A DNA stretch of 63,294 nt, filler included, from Octopus bimaculoides (lineage: Eukaryota): the NCBI RefSeq assembly GCF_001194135.2. It is 7 parts of 7 records of this genome, joined end to end, with 100 filler letters (N's around TTAATTAATTAA, not from the genome) between each part and the next. Parts side by side here need not be neighbours in the genome. Positions count along the whole stretch, not along the records: positions 34,017 to 47,326 come from NC_068992.1; positions 47,427 to 50,843 come from NW_026326801.1; positions 50,944 to 61,909 come from NC_068987.1; 4 more parts are not named here. One strand, given 5' to 3'. This document shows, piece after piece, positions 39,531 to 52,077 of the stretch. Numbering within the stretch: position 1 is the first letter of the stretch; each line of letters opens with the position of its first letter. The translations under genes and the position numbers were made by a program. The notes under the pieces are model-generated. The model ran no database searches, was not told the origin of the DNA, and was given only the letters and a program-made list of their open reading frames with translations.

Positions 39531-39552
39531 TTTATCCAGGAGTCATCAAAAA

Positions 39553-39584
<32 letters not shown>

Positions 39585-41266
39585 GAATGAGACTTCTTAG
39601 CACCAGTGACATGTCGGATTTCTCTCTGAATTTTAAGACATTTTAGATGAGGTGTTTTGTAATTGACAGATGAAATTCCATCACGTTGGGCTCAGTGAAT
39701 CTAAAATCTTCTTACATTTTACGGTGTAAAATCAGTAGTTATTACTGTTGTTATTGTGGTTGATGTTATTGCTGCAGTTTTTGTTGTTGTTTGTGTTGTT
39801 GCTGCTGCTGTTTTTATTGCTGTTTTTGCTCTGTTCCGAATCAATCTGCTCGGGAAGACCTATGATGACAGACACGTTCCAGATTTTGACCATGCCTTCT
39901 GCTGTTAATGTGTATATCGCATCTACAGCAACTACATAACCTAATGTAGAGTATAGGTGTTATCGTCGTGGCTGTGTAACCCCAGGTTAGTCCTGACTGA
40001 GCAAGCCTAAGATCAAAGGCGCTCCAACTATATCCTATAATCAAGACTATTCCGAGCATGATCTATAACAGGCAATCCAAGCGTGAACAACCCTAAAAAT
40101 AAATGGATCTTCTATTTTCTTTTCTATTTGTTGGAGATCTTTCTATATCTAAAGCGAAAGAGTGTGATTTGAAAGAGATATTAGTGCCATTTATAACAGT
40201 TTTGTCGACACCGTAGAGATTGCTCTCCTGCTCCTGACTACGGAGTTATTGTTACTCTCCTGTGATATCTTTGTGGTTTGTTTAATTTGCTTAATGGTGT
40301 TAAGAATGTGTTTAATCACTACACACAGTGCATTCATTTAATAATCTATATTTCAGATCACAATCTATTCTTTGTGACCTTCCAGGCTTATATAAGACTT
40401 ACGCTTGGCTAATCGTTCTACTTTGCCGTCTATACTTAATTCAGTCGCTATTATTCATGCACTGGTCGTTGATATAGCTGTGCGTTGTGTGAGACGTGCG
40501 CTATTGTACGTTGCTTGACGAGATTTTAAGCTCTGTTTAGTATCAGTTTATTTGCTTGTTATTTTAGCCAGTAAATATTTGGAATTTTAAGCGAATTATA
40601 TTTCTATGTTTGAGGAATTTTTAGAAAATTGGTTGGATTATTTAAAATCTTACATTTTTTGAAATATCCAGTTATATTGTATGCGCGCGCGCGTGCGTGT
40701 GAATGCAAATACATACAAACGTACATACAACGTTCATACAAACATACAATTTATATATAATTAAAATAACGTTTGCTTGTTTCAGTCACTGGACGATGGT
40801 TACTCTGGATACTACCTTGAACGGCTTAGCCGAGCAAATCGAGCCCAATACTTATTCATTCTATTGGCCTCTTCTGCCGAAATGTTATGTTAAGGGAATG
40901 TAAACAAACCAACACCGGTTGTCAAACGATTGACGTTTCTTAGCTAGCTGATCCTCTGATGTAATAGTTACTCAACGGGAGATGGTCAATTAGCAAGTCA
41001 TAAGGTCGAGATTACCTTAATTGAATATAGGTTACATTGTCGCTTGGAATTTCCGCGCTCACTCACTGCAGATGTGAATTGAAATGAATAGCGAAGCAGC
41101 CAGAAGTACAAAAGACCCAAGCATTCAAAGAAATAAAAAGGTCAACTTTCCCACATATTTGTTCTCATCCTTCCCTTTCATCCTTCCTAAATTTTTCATT
41201 TCTTCGACCCATTTCTTCGACCCATTTGCCGGCTCACTCGTGGTTGAATAATAAATAGAATATTTT

Positions 41267-41483
41267 AAGGTGGCAAGCTGACTGAAGCGTTAGCACGCCG
41301 GGCGAAAGTCTAAGCGGTATTTCGTCTGCCGCTACGTTCTGAGTTCAAATTCCACTGCGGTCGACTTTGCCTTTCATCCTTTCAGGGTCGAATAATTAAG
41401 TACCAGTTGCGTACTGGGGTCGATCTAATCGACTGGCCTCCTCCCCCAAAATTTCGGGCCTTATATCAAGAGTAGAAAAGAAT
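41267..41483 (+). mobile_element. Family B tRNA-derived SINE, full copy
   Basis: AAGGTGGCAAGCTG...GAGTTCAAATTCC (B box)...TAAGTACCAGTTGCGTACTGGGGTCGAT...GTAGAAAAGAAT. Confidence 0.8.
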
Positions 41484-42594
41484 AAATAAAATGTTTCATG
41501 TACAAGCAATGTGTATTGTTTAATGCGGCAAACTGATTCAGTATATATATGAGTGGTACTGAAATAGTTAAAACAATAAGAGAAATTTTTACTCTGCTGA
41601 TCAAATAATTCTGATTCTCCAACTATTCAAATTATAAATATAATAACAATTGTATTAAGATATATCATTTGAGAACAATTTGACTAATTTGATTCAATAA
41701 ATAGTTTATATTATATATTCTATGTTTTGATTTAATTAAAATAGAATATATTGATGACAGTGTTTTAGTGTAATTGTACAAGATTTGTGTGAAAAAAAAT
41801 CGAAGCAAAAACAAACAAAGATGAAAACAAAACAAAAGTTTCTGGATTCATATGAAAGTTATCAAGTATATGGTGTACAAGAACTGCAGAAACGAAATAC
41901 TTTGGTTTAAAGAGATAAACAAAGCATCTCTAGATATAAAGACAAATATCACTAACAGGAAATGAGTATGTGTGTGTGCGTGCGTGCGCGCGTATGTGTG
42001 TGTATCCGTGTGTTTTAGTGTGCGTATGTGTGTGTATGTGTGTGTGTTTGTGTGTGAGTGAGTGTGTGTTTGTGTGCGTGAAAGAGAGAGATGAATAAAG
42101 GGATTTTCTCCTGTTAATGTTCTGAGGTGAAAATGATCGTTCAGCCAGTTTTCAGAAACGTCTGTCCTCTCTGCTCCACTCTGAATTTCTATGTAAATAT
42201 ATACATGTGTATGCAATTAAGATAAACACCAGTATAAATATTTAGTTGCTACGAACCTTTCCAAATTGCAGTTAACTGGAATCCAGCATAGGATGGTCCA
42301 ATGTGTTTAGATGCCTAACCGCAATGGATCGTCAGGGAACGCTTTATTGCATTCTGTTACAGAGGTCATATATTTGAAGTTAGACATACGCTGAAGTAAT
42401 GCATAAGTATTTAAAGAAAGAAGTAGAAAGAAAACAATCAAGTGTCGGGTAGAAATAAAAACAAGAAGTGAGTGTGTGTGTGAGAGAGACAGAAAGAGAG
42501 AGAAAGAGAGAGAGAGAGAGAGAGCAAGTGGTGGAGAGGAAAAAGGAAAAGAAGAAAGAGTGAACAACAATAAACAGTCACCGAAGCAGTATTA

Positions 42595-42640
<46 letters not shown>

Positions 42641-42643
<3 letters not shown>

Positions 42644-43483
42644 AGCTGACGTTCCCGGTAAATCCCGGGTAAGTGTGTGTTATTCCTTGGTTCTGTTCTC
42701 ATAATTGCTTCGCTAATCCAATAACAACAGTACAAAGAACGTAGCCCTTAAAATGGTTTTTGTACATTTATAGAGAACAGCGAACTGTCTTACACAGGAT
42801 CTTGTTTTTAGGAATTCCCAATAAGTTATGAATACCCAAATTGCGAAGTCATTTAAGTAATAACATGAAATTAGTTACCCGATAGTAAGAATTCAAATAA
42901 AGTAGACCCGAAAAGGGCTTTAGTGCATTCCCAGAGTGTATAGAACTTAGGGGGAAATACTAAGAAGGTATGTGTTCTAAAATCGTGAAGCATGTTACGT
43001 AATAACAGGCTAATCAGACATGAGATAATAACAATTCAAAGTAAATAACACTGAAAAGGGCTTTTGTGCATTTCCATAGAATATTACCCTCAGCGGCGCT
43101 AGTGTTGGTATATTCGTGAATACGTCACTAACCGAAATAAGTGGATCTATTGTTTAAGAAAATACTATTTACTTGTTTAAGCGTTGTACTAGATGAATTG
43201 CGAAAATAATTCTAACAGTTTAAATACTAAGAAATATGCATACTCGATTTATACCAAATAATTTACGAAGATGAATGGTTTATTTCCCTTAGCTATATTA
43301 AGGATACCTTCCAGGGGCCCTATTATCGATTTTTTTCAACAATGTGAGTATATCACGAGGTTTCAAGACATGAGTTCTACTCACATGTCAAGTTTCATAA
43401 AACGAAACTTGATAAAACGATGTAGGAGGAGTTTAACAAACCCACAAACAAACACACCCACAGACAGAATTTTCCACATATGA

Positions 43484-43489
<6 letters not shown>
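42641..43489 (+). mobile_element. Helitron/Helentron-like non-autonomous element (DINE-1/Lep1-like architecture)
   Basis: Starts ACTAGCTGACGTTCCCGGTAAATCCCGGG (ACTAG plus short hairpin) and ends ...ACAAACAAACACACCCACAGACAGAATTTTCCACATATGAAGAT into (TA)n. Confidence 0.5.
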
Positions 43490-43567
<78 letters not shown>

Positions 43568-43573
43568 GGAGAG

Positions 43574-43627
<54 letters not shown>

Positions 43628-43650
43628 ATATATATATACATACATACATA

Positions 43651-44050
43651 GGCGCAGGAATGACTGTGTTGTAAGAAGTTGGCTTCCCAACCACATGGTT
43701 CCGGGTTCAGTCCCACTGTGTGATACCGTGTGTCGTCTACTACAGCCTCAGGTCGACCAAAGCATTGCGAGTGGATCTGGTAGATGGAAACTGAAAGAAG
43801 CCCAGGGGTCGATTTTTTCGACTAAAAGGTAGTGCTCTAGCATATATATATGTATATGTTTGTATGTCTGTTTGTTCCATCATCGCTTGACAACCAATGC
43901 TGGTGTGTTTACGTCCCCGTAGCGGTTCGGCAAAAGAGAACGATAGAATAAGTACTAGTCTTACAGAGAATAAGTCCTGGGGTCGATTTGTTCGACTAAA
44001 GGCGGTGCCCCAGCATGGCCGCAGTCAAATGACTGAAACAAATAAAAGAA
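43651..44050 (+). mobile_element. Family A SINE
   Basis: Head and tail match the family. Confidence 0.8.
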
Positions 44051-44084
44051 TATATACACACCCTTATGTGTGTGTGTGTGTGTG

Positions 44085-44124
<40 letters not shown>

Positions 44125-44355
44125 TGCGTGTGTATTTACTGTCTTTCTACACTCAACTAACCCTCTCGTCGATCTTACATCTAACGTTGTTGTCGCCCTT
44201 TTCCGCCTCTTTTAACTCCGATGTTTAGATTCCAGCTTAACGTCTGTGTGTCTCCGTTTTAAACACAAACAAAATTAATTGCTTTCTCTTCTCTGTCTGG
44301 AGAAAAGTCATCGTATTCTCATAGTCATCCGTGACGAGTAAATACTTAACGTTTT

Positions 44356-44615
44356 ACATTATTTACATTATTTACATTTGACGGATATTCGTCCTCATCT
44401 TGTTTGTTGTTAACACAACGTTTCGGCTGATATACCCTCCAGCCTTCGTCAGGTGTCTTGGGGAAATTTTGAACCTGTGTTCTCATTCCTAACGATGTTA
44501 CTATTATTATATTATTATTATTATTACTATTATTAATCAGGTCGCTGCCGTGAATCGAACTCGGAATCTTGGGGTTAGTAGCCCGCGCTCTTAACCACTA
44601 CGCCATATAGAACTG
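44356..44615 (-). mobile_element. tRNA-derived SINE carrying a hammerhead ribozyme motif
   Basis: A box TGGCGTAGTGG (44605-44595), B box GAGTTCGATTC (44562-44552), (TAA)n spacer, hammerhead 44457-44412, 9-nt tandem tail. Perfect 13-bp direct repeats TACTTAACGTTTT at 44343-44355 and 44616-44628. Confidence 0.85.
44412..44457 (-). ncRNA. Minimal type I hammerhead ribozyme motif
   Basis: GACAC-CUGACGA-A-GGCUG-(10 nt)-CAGCC-GAAA-CG-UU|GUGUU. Intact core, 5-bp stems I and II, palindromic ACGU stem III as in dimeric Penelope-type hammerheads. Confidence 0.8.
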
Positions 44616-45409
44616 TACTTAACGTTTTCTTCATCAATTTTACAGACATACTCAACACTTTAATTTGCTATTGTATTGTTGTTGTTGTAGTCGTTGTTGC
44701 TATTGCTTTAACCCTAGGTCAGTCAAAATCGATCAGGTATATGACTGAAATTATCTCAGCAGCGATCATCCCTTTCCTTTTTTTCTTCAGACGTCGCGTG
44801 TCCAAGACTATATTATCAATTGTATTTTTTAAAAAATGACTGTGTGAATTTAAGGGAGAGTTTGGCTGCTATTTCTAGCATAGAGATTCATTGCTTCCCA
44901 ACGGGTTCAGGAAGATGTTTTATGTAGATGTGAATTTTGTCTTTTATTTACGTTGGTCCGGCTACAAATTAGACATAAGACCACCCACAACGAAGGAAAT
45001 ATGGTATTTGATTAAACGATTAAATCATTCTCTGTACTTGACTGGTATTGTTTTGCTCACCCCGGAAGGATGAAAAGTAAATTCAACCTTGGTGGGATTT
45101 GAACTCAAAAGAAAGAAGTGAAAGTAAATGACACGAAGCCCTTTGGCCATAGATCGATACATTTTGCTAATTTGTCCCTTTGATATTTTCTACACTGTAC
45201 AACCGATCCCAGTTCTTAATCGATATTTATTTTATTAAATGCAGATGGATGAAGGACTAAGTCTACCTTGGCGGGGTTTGAACTCGCGTCTAAAAGAGAC
45301 GTAGTTTGATCGTTACAATACTTATTCCTCTCTCTTTTTTCTTAAAGACAATAGGGCTGGTGTTTCGATAATAGATAATCGATTAACTGAAATCGATTAA
45401 TTGATAATT

Positions 45410-45785
45410 GTCCCAGGTTCAGTCCCACTGCGTGGCACCTTGGGCAAGTGTCTTCTACTATAGCCTCGGGCCGACCAAAGCCTTGTGAGTGGATTTGGTA
45501 GACGGAAACTGAAAGAAGCCTGTCGTATATATGTATATATATATATGTATATGTGTATGTGTTTGTATGTCTGTAGTTGTCCCCCCAACATCGCTTGACA
45601 ACCGATGCTGGTGTGTTTAGTTCCCCGTAACTTAGCGGTTCGGCAAAAAGAGACCGATAGAATAAGTACTAGGCTTCCAAAGAATAAGTCCTGGGGTCAA
45701 TTTGATTCGACTAAAGGCGGTGCTCCAGCATGACCGCAGTCAAAAGACTGAAACAAGTAAAAGAGTAAAAGAGTAATAAAGTAAT
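45410..45785 (+). mobile_element. Family A SINE (5'-clipped)
   Basis: B box through GTAAAAGAGTAAAAGAG tail. Confidence 0.85.
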
Positions 45786-46700
45786 NNNNNNNNNNNNNNN
45801 NNNNNNNNNNNNNNNNNNNNNNNNNNNNNNNNNNNNNNNNNNNNNNNNNNNNNNNNNNNNNNNNNNNNNNNNNNNNNNNNNNNNNNNNNNNNNNNNNNNN
45901 NNNNNNNNNNNNNNNNNNNNNNNNNNNNNNNNNNNNNNNNNNNNNNNNNNNNNNNNNNNNNNNNNNNNNNNNNNNNNNNNNNNNNNNNNNNNNNNNNNNN
46001 NNNNNNNNNNNNNNNNNNNNNNNNNNNNNNNNNNNNNNNNNNNNNNNNNNNNNNNNNNNNNNNNNNNNNNNNNNNNNNNNNNNNNNNNNNNNNNNNNNNN
46101 NNNNNNNNNNNNNNNNNNNNNNNNNNNNNNNNNNNNNNNNNNNNNNNNNNNNNNNNNNNNNNNNNNNNNNNNNNNNNNNNNNNNNNNNNNNNNNNNNNNN
46201 NNNNNNNNNNNNNNNNNNNNNNNNNNNNNNNNNNNNNNNNNNNNNNNNNNNNNNNNNNNNNNNNNNNNNNNNNNNNNNNNNNNNNNNNNNNNNNNNNNNN
46301 NNNNNNNNNNNNNNNNNNNNNNNNNNNNNNNNNNNNNNNNNNNNNNNNNNNNNNNNNNNNNNNNNNNNNNNNNNNNNNNNNNNNNNNNNNNNNNNNNNNN
46401 NNNNNNNNNNNNNNNNNNNNNNNNNNNNNNNNNNNNNNNNNNNNNNNNNNNNNNNNNNNNNNNNNNNNNNNNNNNNNNNNNNNNNNNNNNNNNNNNNNNN
46501 NNNNNNNNNNNNNNNNNNNNNNNNNNNNNNNNNNNNNNNNNNNNNNNNNNNNNNNNNNNNNNNNNNNNNNNNNNNNNNNNNNNNNNNNNNNNNNNNNNNN
46601 NNNNNNNNNNNNNNNNNNNNNNNNNNNNNNNNNNNNNNNNNNNNNNNNNNNNNNNNNNNNNNNNNNNNNNNNNNNNNNNNNNNNNNNNNNNNNNNNNNNN

Positions 46701-46753
<53 letters not shown>

Positions 46754-47430
46754 TGCATGCTTCGTTTTGCATGTGTGTTTGTGTCTTTGAATATATGTTA
46801 GTGTCTGCCTTTGTAATTGCGTGTGTGTTTGCAAACACTTCGACAGCAGCCATGTTTGTTTTGATAGCGGCCATATTTGTCAAGCATTATGGCAGTCGGG
46901 TTCGTCTCTTCCTTTCCTATAAACAAATAAATTAATAAATATTAAAAAAAAAACTATTTAAACGACACGGAATAAAGGGGTAAATTTGAGATTAAATAAG
47001 GTCAAATCACTTGAGGGAGAGAAAAAAAATACGGATAAAGGAAATTAGTAAAGATGATTTAAGTGATCAATGCCAGTTACTAATTACCACTACTCATGCT
47101 ACAACTAGCACCAAAACTACCAGCACAACCAGCACCACTGCTACAACCGTTAGCAGCAGCAGCAGCAGCAGCACCACCACCTCCACCACCGCAAACGCCA
47201 CCGCCACCACCATCATCAGCTAACGATTCTTTTTTTACTATAGGCACAAAGCCAGAAATTTGGGGGAGGGGGGAGGGGGCAGTCGATTACATCGACCCCC
47301 AGTACTGAACTGGCACTTAATTTATCNNNNNNNNNNNNNNNNNNNNNNNNNNNNNNNNNNNNNNNNNNNNTTAATTAATTAANNNNNNNNNNNNNNNNNN
47401 NNNNNNNNNNNNNNNNNNNNNNNNNNTGTC

Positions 47431-47561
47431 TTAATTTAGTAAGTCTGATGTCCAGAAAGTAAGAAATAATATGCACCAAAATGCTACATAAAATGATAGA
47501 AAGAAGCCAGAAAACAATAATATCTGCTTCTTGTGGCAGTTTAGGATAACAGAAACTTCAT
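47431..47561 (-). CDS. Candidate terminal exon of the kringle gene with a hydrophobic segment (EVSVILNCHKKQILLFSGFFLSFYVAFWCILFLTFWTSDLLN*)
   Basis: Phase-1-compatible AG at 47563-47562 and an open frame to TAA. A ~24-aa hydrophobic stretch fits a TM helix or GPI signal. The acceptor polypyrimidine tract is weak. Confidence 0.5.
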
Positions 47562-47888
47562 CTAGATCCAAATTTACAAATATTGCAAAATATAAATAGA
47601 CATATTTTCTGGAAACAATACAAGATTTAATTAAACCTACATAATTTAGTTTTTTAATTACAAAGAATTTATAATCTTTTGTAACTGATTTTAAATCTCA
47701 TCATAAATTTAGCTCATTAATTTTACAGTCAAATTAAGTTTTGCAGGAAATATCTATACTACATTCTGATTTATATTTCCTCTTATAATGATCTGTTACT
47801 GTTGAAGTTTTCATTAAAATACTGACTACTGACTAATAATTGTCTTATTGCCTTCCTCTGGTGTTTAAATTGCTTTTAAAATACTTAC

Positions 47889-48072
47889 GAGTAGTTGATG
47901 CTACTGTTGTTGGGAATGTAGTCACAGTTGATTCCACTGTTGTGCTTTCTGTAACATTTTTACATTGATCAATTTTACAGTATCCAAACTGATTTTTGAA
48001 AGCTGGTGCTACCCAACACCATGGACGCTTATCTTTATCAGGATTTCGACAATAATTGTGTTTTCCAAGACC
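47889..48072 (-). CDS. Kringle-domain gene, exon encoding the C-terminal half of the kringle plus a Thr-rich stalk (GLGKHNYCRNPDKDKRPWCWVAPAFKNQFGYCKIDQC...TTVASTT)
   Basis: Acceptor CTTTCTGTAG|, donor CTC|GTAAGT. Carries the diagnostic HNYCRNPD...PWC kringle signature. With the previous exon all six kringle cysteines are present. Confidence 0.92.
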
Positions 48073-50244
48073 CTACAGAAAGGAGAAGAGAAATTTAGTG
48101 TTACAAATGTTTATACTTTCTTTTATATGTTGCTTGAAGTATATATCAGATACATTTTGGCTAAGGAGATTTTTTATTTCAGACTAAATTCCTCTTGTAA
48201 TAGTAATAACAATTCTTTCTACTATAGGTACAAGGCCTATTTTAGTGGTAAGGAGGTGGGTACTAGTCAATTACATCGACTCTGGTGCTCAATTGGTACT
48301 TATTTCATCAACTCAAAAGGGATGAAATAAAATTACAAAGTTGACCTTGCCAGCATTTGAACTCAGAACTTAAAGAGTCAGAAGAAAAACTACTAAACAC
48401 TTTGCACAATGCGCTACTGATTCTGCCAATCCATTATTTGGACTTCAGAGAGATTCCTAGTGATAAAAAAATATCTCTAATTAAATGACTGTTGTCATCA
48501 AGTATGTTATTCCTGGTTATGTAAATTGACACTGAACTGTGATCAGTTATTTTTACACACTGGCAGAAAACTGCCCACTGGATGGTTTCTTTTTTTTTTT
48601 TTGCTGGTCACAAAATCATACTTATACATTTAATTCTCAATTCGTATAGTTTTTCTGATATGTCAGATTTAATTTCTCTTCATATTTGATATTTTTGTAA
48701 TAGCACTCTCTCATTCAATAAATAAATTTAGAGAAATAGCAAGCACTCAAAGATAGTGTTAGAATTTATGAAGATATCTGGTATTATGCTGACATAACTT
48801 AGCTACATAAATATCCTTGGTTCACCATATATATGCATATCAGATTTTACAACTTNNNNNNNNNNNNNNNNNNNNNNNNNNNNNNNNNNNNNNNNNNNNN
48901 NNNNNNNNNNNNNNNNNNNNNNNNNNNNNNNNNNNNNNNNNNNNNNNNNNNNNNNNNNNNNNNNNNNNNNNNNNNNNNNNNNNNNNNNNNNNNNNNNNNN
49001 NNNNNNNNNNNNNNNNNNNNNNNNNNNNNNNNNNNNNNTGTACAAAGATGGGAATTATATTTATTTTATTCCCATTCATCATATAAACTATGATAACATG
49101 AACTATAATCTCAGCAAAGGAATCAATTGTTGAAATATATAACAGATTTCATTTTACAACCGTTTGTGTAAAGAGAAAGAAAAGACAAAGAGGGAACATT
49201 ATCTCATGGTGTTAAAAAAATGATATCTTGCTGTAAATTAAAATTAATTTTTGTAGCTGAAACAAAAGAAAATCAAAAACCACATTTTGATAAAAATATA
49301 TCAAAATTAGAATTTTTAAGAATATTTTAGAAAGTGTAGACTTTAATAATTACACTAATTAATAAGCAGCAATCATTTGATGTCAACGTTAAGGAGACAG
49401 GGACACATACACACACACATGACAAGCATGGACCTATGGACCTACAAGGTTAGAATTCAGAATTTAATATTGACAAATTTTGTTAAATTCAGAAATAGGG
49501 AGTATTATTTAGCTTAGCTAGAAAAGTGAATATTTAATATTTAGAGAAGAGCCTTCATTGAAAAGTGAACCCAATCAAAATAATGGATGTTCTCTTTCAT
49601 CATGGCAACCTAAAACACTTATGTATTGTCTTTAATTTCACTGTGCTAAAAGGCTGTGATCTGGCAGAATCATTAGCACTCAGGGCAAGATACTCAGCAA
49701 CATTTCTTCTAGTTTTATGTTCTGAGTTCAAATTCTACCAAGGTCGACTTTGACTTCTCGGGGGTTGATAAGATAAGTACAAGTTGAGCACTAGAGTCGA
49801 TGCAATTGACTTACCTGTTCTTACTAAAAGTGGTGGCCTTGTGTTAAAATTTGTAACAATTTTACTGTGCTGATGCTGGAGGGCATGAGTCACCTGTAAG
49901 CTCATCACGTTTCAATGGTTACATGTAATTTTTGCTTGATTGAATTGAGCAAAAAATTTAAAATTTGCTATTCATTCAGTTTAATTTAAAATCTCAGATA
50001 ACTATTGTCACTAGCTAATAGCGTTTTTGGTCACTGCTAATAGAGTTTTACCTGATAACATAAAAATGATAAGAATGTTTATCATTTATCATATTCCTCT
50101 TACTAATTAATTTTTGGATATTCAAGGTGGATTATCTGAATGGTTGTTATTTATATCAGATTTTTCTTATTCTCAGGATCAATTATCTAATTATGTATTC
50201 AAACCATTGTCAAGATAAGCAGTTAAAATTCAAAGTAAACTTAC

Positions 50245-50363
50245 TGCATTGGGAGAGTTTATTATGTTATATTTAGGATTCTCTGTCCATTTAAGGCAGG
50301 GTGTTCCTCGGACTGTTTCTGATACAGACCCTCTGTAGGACACACCATTTACACTGTAACAAT
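50245..50363 (-). CDS. Kringle-domain gene, exon encoding the N-terminal half of the kringle (CYSVNGVSYRGSVSETVRGTPCLKWTENPKYNIINSPNA)
   Basis: Acceptor CTTTCAG|, donor GCA|GTAAGT. Contains the kringle CY..NG.SYRG...T..G.PC..W pattern. Phase 1 in, phase 0 out. Confidence 0.9.
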
Positions 50364-50943
50364 CTGAAAGCATTAATGAGTCACATGAACAACTTACACA
50401 AAGCCACATACATAATTATCCAAATAATAAGTATTTCTTACTTTGGTTCAAAACCAATATATTTTTCAGTAAGGATTGTTGTTGCATGCAGGGATCTTTA
50501 TTTTAATTAACCCTGAAGGGACAAACCATAAAAGTCAATTCTGGTGGGATTTGAACGAAGGGGAAAACATATATTGCATGGATCTAAGTATTTAAAGAGT
50601 GGAACATGAAATTTCCTGTAAGTCAGACTGCCTCATGGCCCCAGCAGACAAAATGGAAAAGGTGGTTGCCCCAGAGGATGGTGAGTGAGGTGCACTGGAA
50701 CAGCCATCTTGAGCCATGGAGATCACACTTGTGGACAGCAATCTCTATTCCGATAGTGATGAGCAAAGATATGGTGTAGGGGCCAAGGATGACAGAAGTC
50801 TTTGCTGCCACAGGCTCAACCAAATATGGTATTAATTACTGCANNNNNNNNNNNNNNNNNNNNNNNNNNNNNNNNNNNNNNNNNNNNTTAATTAATTAAN
50901 NNNNNNNNNNNNNNNNNNNNNNNNNNNNNNNNNNNNNNNNNNN

Positions 50944-51014
<71 letters not shown>

Positions 51015-51475
51015 TGCTTTTGTTTCTGTGCTTGTCTCCTCCACCGCTTGACGGTCGGCCTTGGTTTGTTTACGTCCGGGTAAGTTAGCAGTTTGGCAAA
51101 ACTGACAGAACAAGTACTAAACTTTAAAATTAAATACTGAGATCGATTTGATTGACTAAATCCTTCAAAGCGGTGCCCCAGCATGGCCGCAATCCAATGA
51201 TTGAAGCAAAATATAAAAGGTTTATATACACAGAGAAAGAGAAAGAGAAAGAGAGAGGTACACGCACATGGGTGTGTATACGTGTGCGCGTGTAAGTGTG
51301 TAATTTGTGTATCAAATGTATGTATGTATATATGTATGAATGTATTTATGTATGACAAATATAGAAAGAGTCGAAAAAGTGAAAGTGAGCTAGAACGTTA
51401 AAACTTAATGCACATGCACAACAGAGTATACAGTCAATCTGTGCCAAGCGGCTTCACTCTGCGTGCTTTAGCTTC

Positions 51476-51489
51476 GTTACTATGGCAAC
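51476..51489. promoter_or_regulatory. RFX X-box motif
   Basis: GTTACTATGGCAAC matches the GTTRCYATGGYAAC consensus. Confidence 0.4.
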
Positions 51490-51883
51490 AGTCCGGATAC
51501 TTATTGATCAGACCACTTATATAAACCTGTGTGTGCGTACAGACACACAAATGTATGTAACCGCATCGTTTACTTTAGAGACAAGAATTTACTGGTGACA
51601 ACGCATTAGTTTCGATAATTCAACCATTTGCGTAAAAATTACAAGCCGAAAGCTTTTCCGCTTTATATGACTTACGTCTAAACAAAACATTTTCATTGAT
51701 ATTTCATAATTAATTATCGTTTTACTAAATCCACAGATATGAATGTCACTCAATTTAGAAACATTTTTTTTAATTCTAATTCTGATATTCTATGCTCATT
51801 CTTTAATATTCTATATTCTCTCTAGCTGTCATATCATATGATTTAATAACTCTTTCATTATTACTATTCTGCGATCAATTGTG

Positions 51884-52077
51884 ATGAGTTGACGGACAAT
51901 TACATAACCAGAGACGCAACCAAGAACTGTGTAACTGCATTAGCTAAATTTGATTTTCGAGCCTTTCCTGCTGACGTCGGATGATCAGTAACTGCTTGTT
52001 CACTATCATCCTCATCATCATCATCGTCGTCATCATCATCACCACCACCATCATCGTCATCATCATTCGGTCGGATG
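51884..52077. repeat. 194-bp direct duplication (second copy 55682-55875)
   Basis: The two copies read as identical by eye, including an imperfect CAT/CAC/CGT repeat. Confidence 0.9.

Noticed and set aside
50442-50512. Candidate upstream kringle exon (MQQQSLLKNILVLNQ, phase 1)
   Set aside because: Splice signals fit, but the peptide is not a signal peptide and the intron would be only 78 nt. Not included without transcript evidence.
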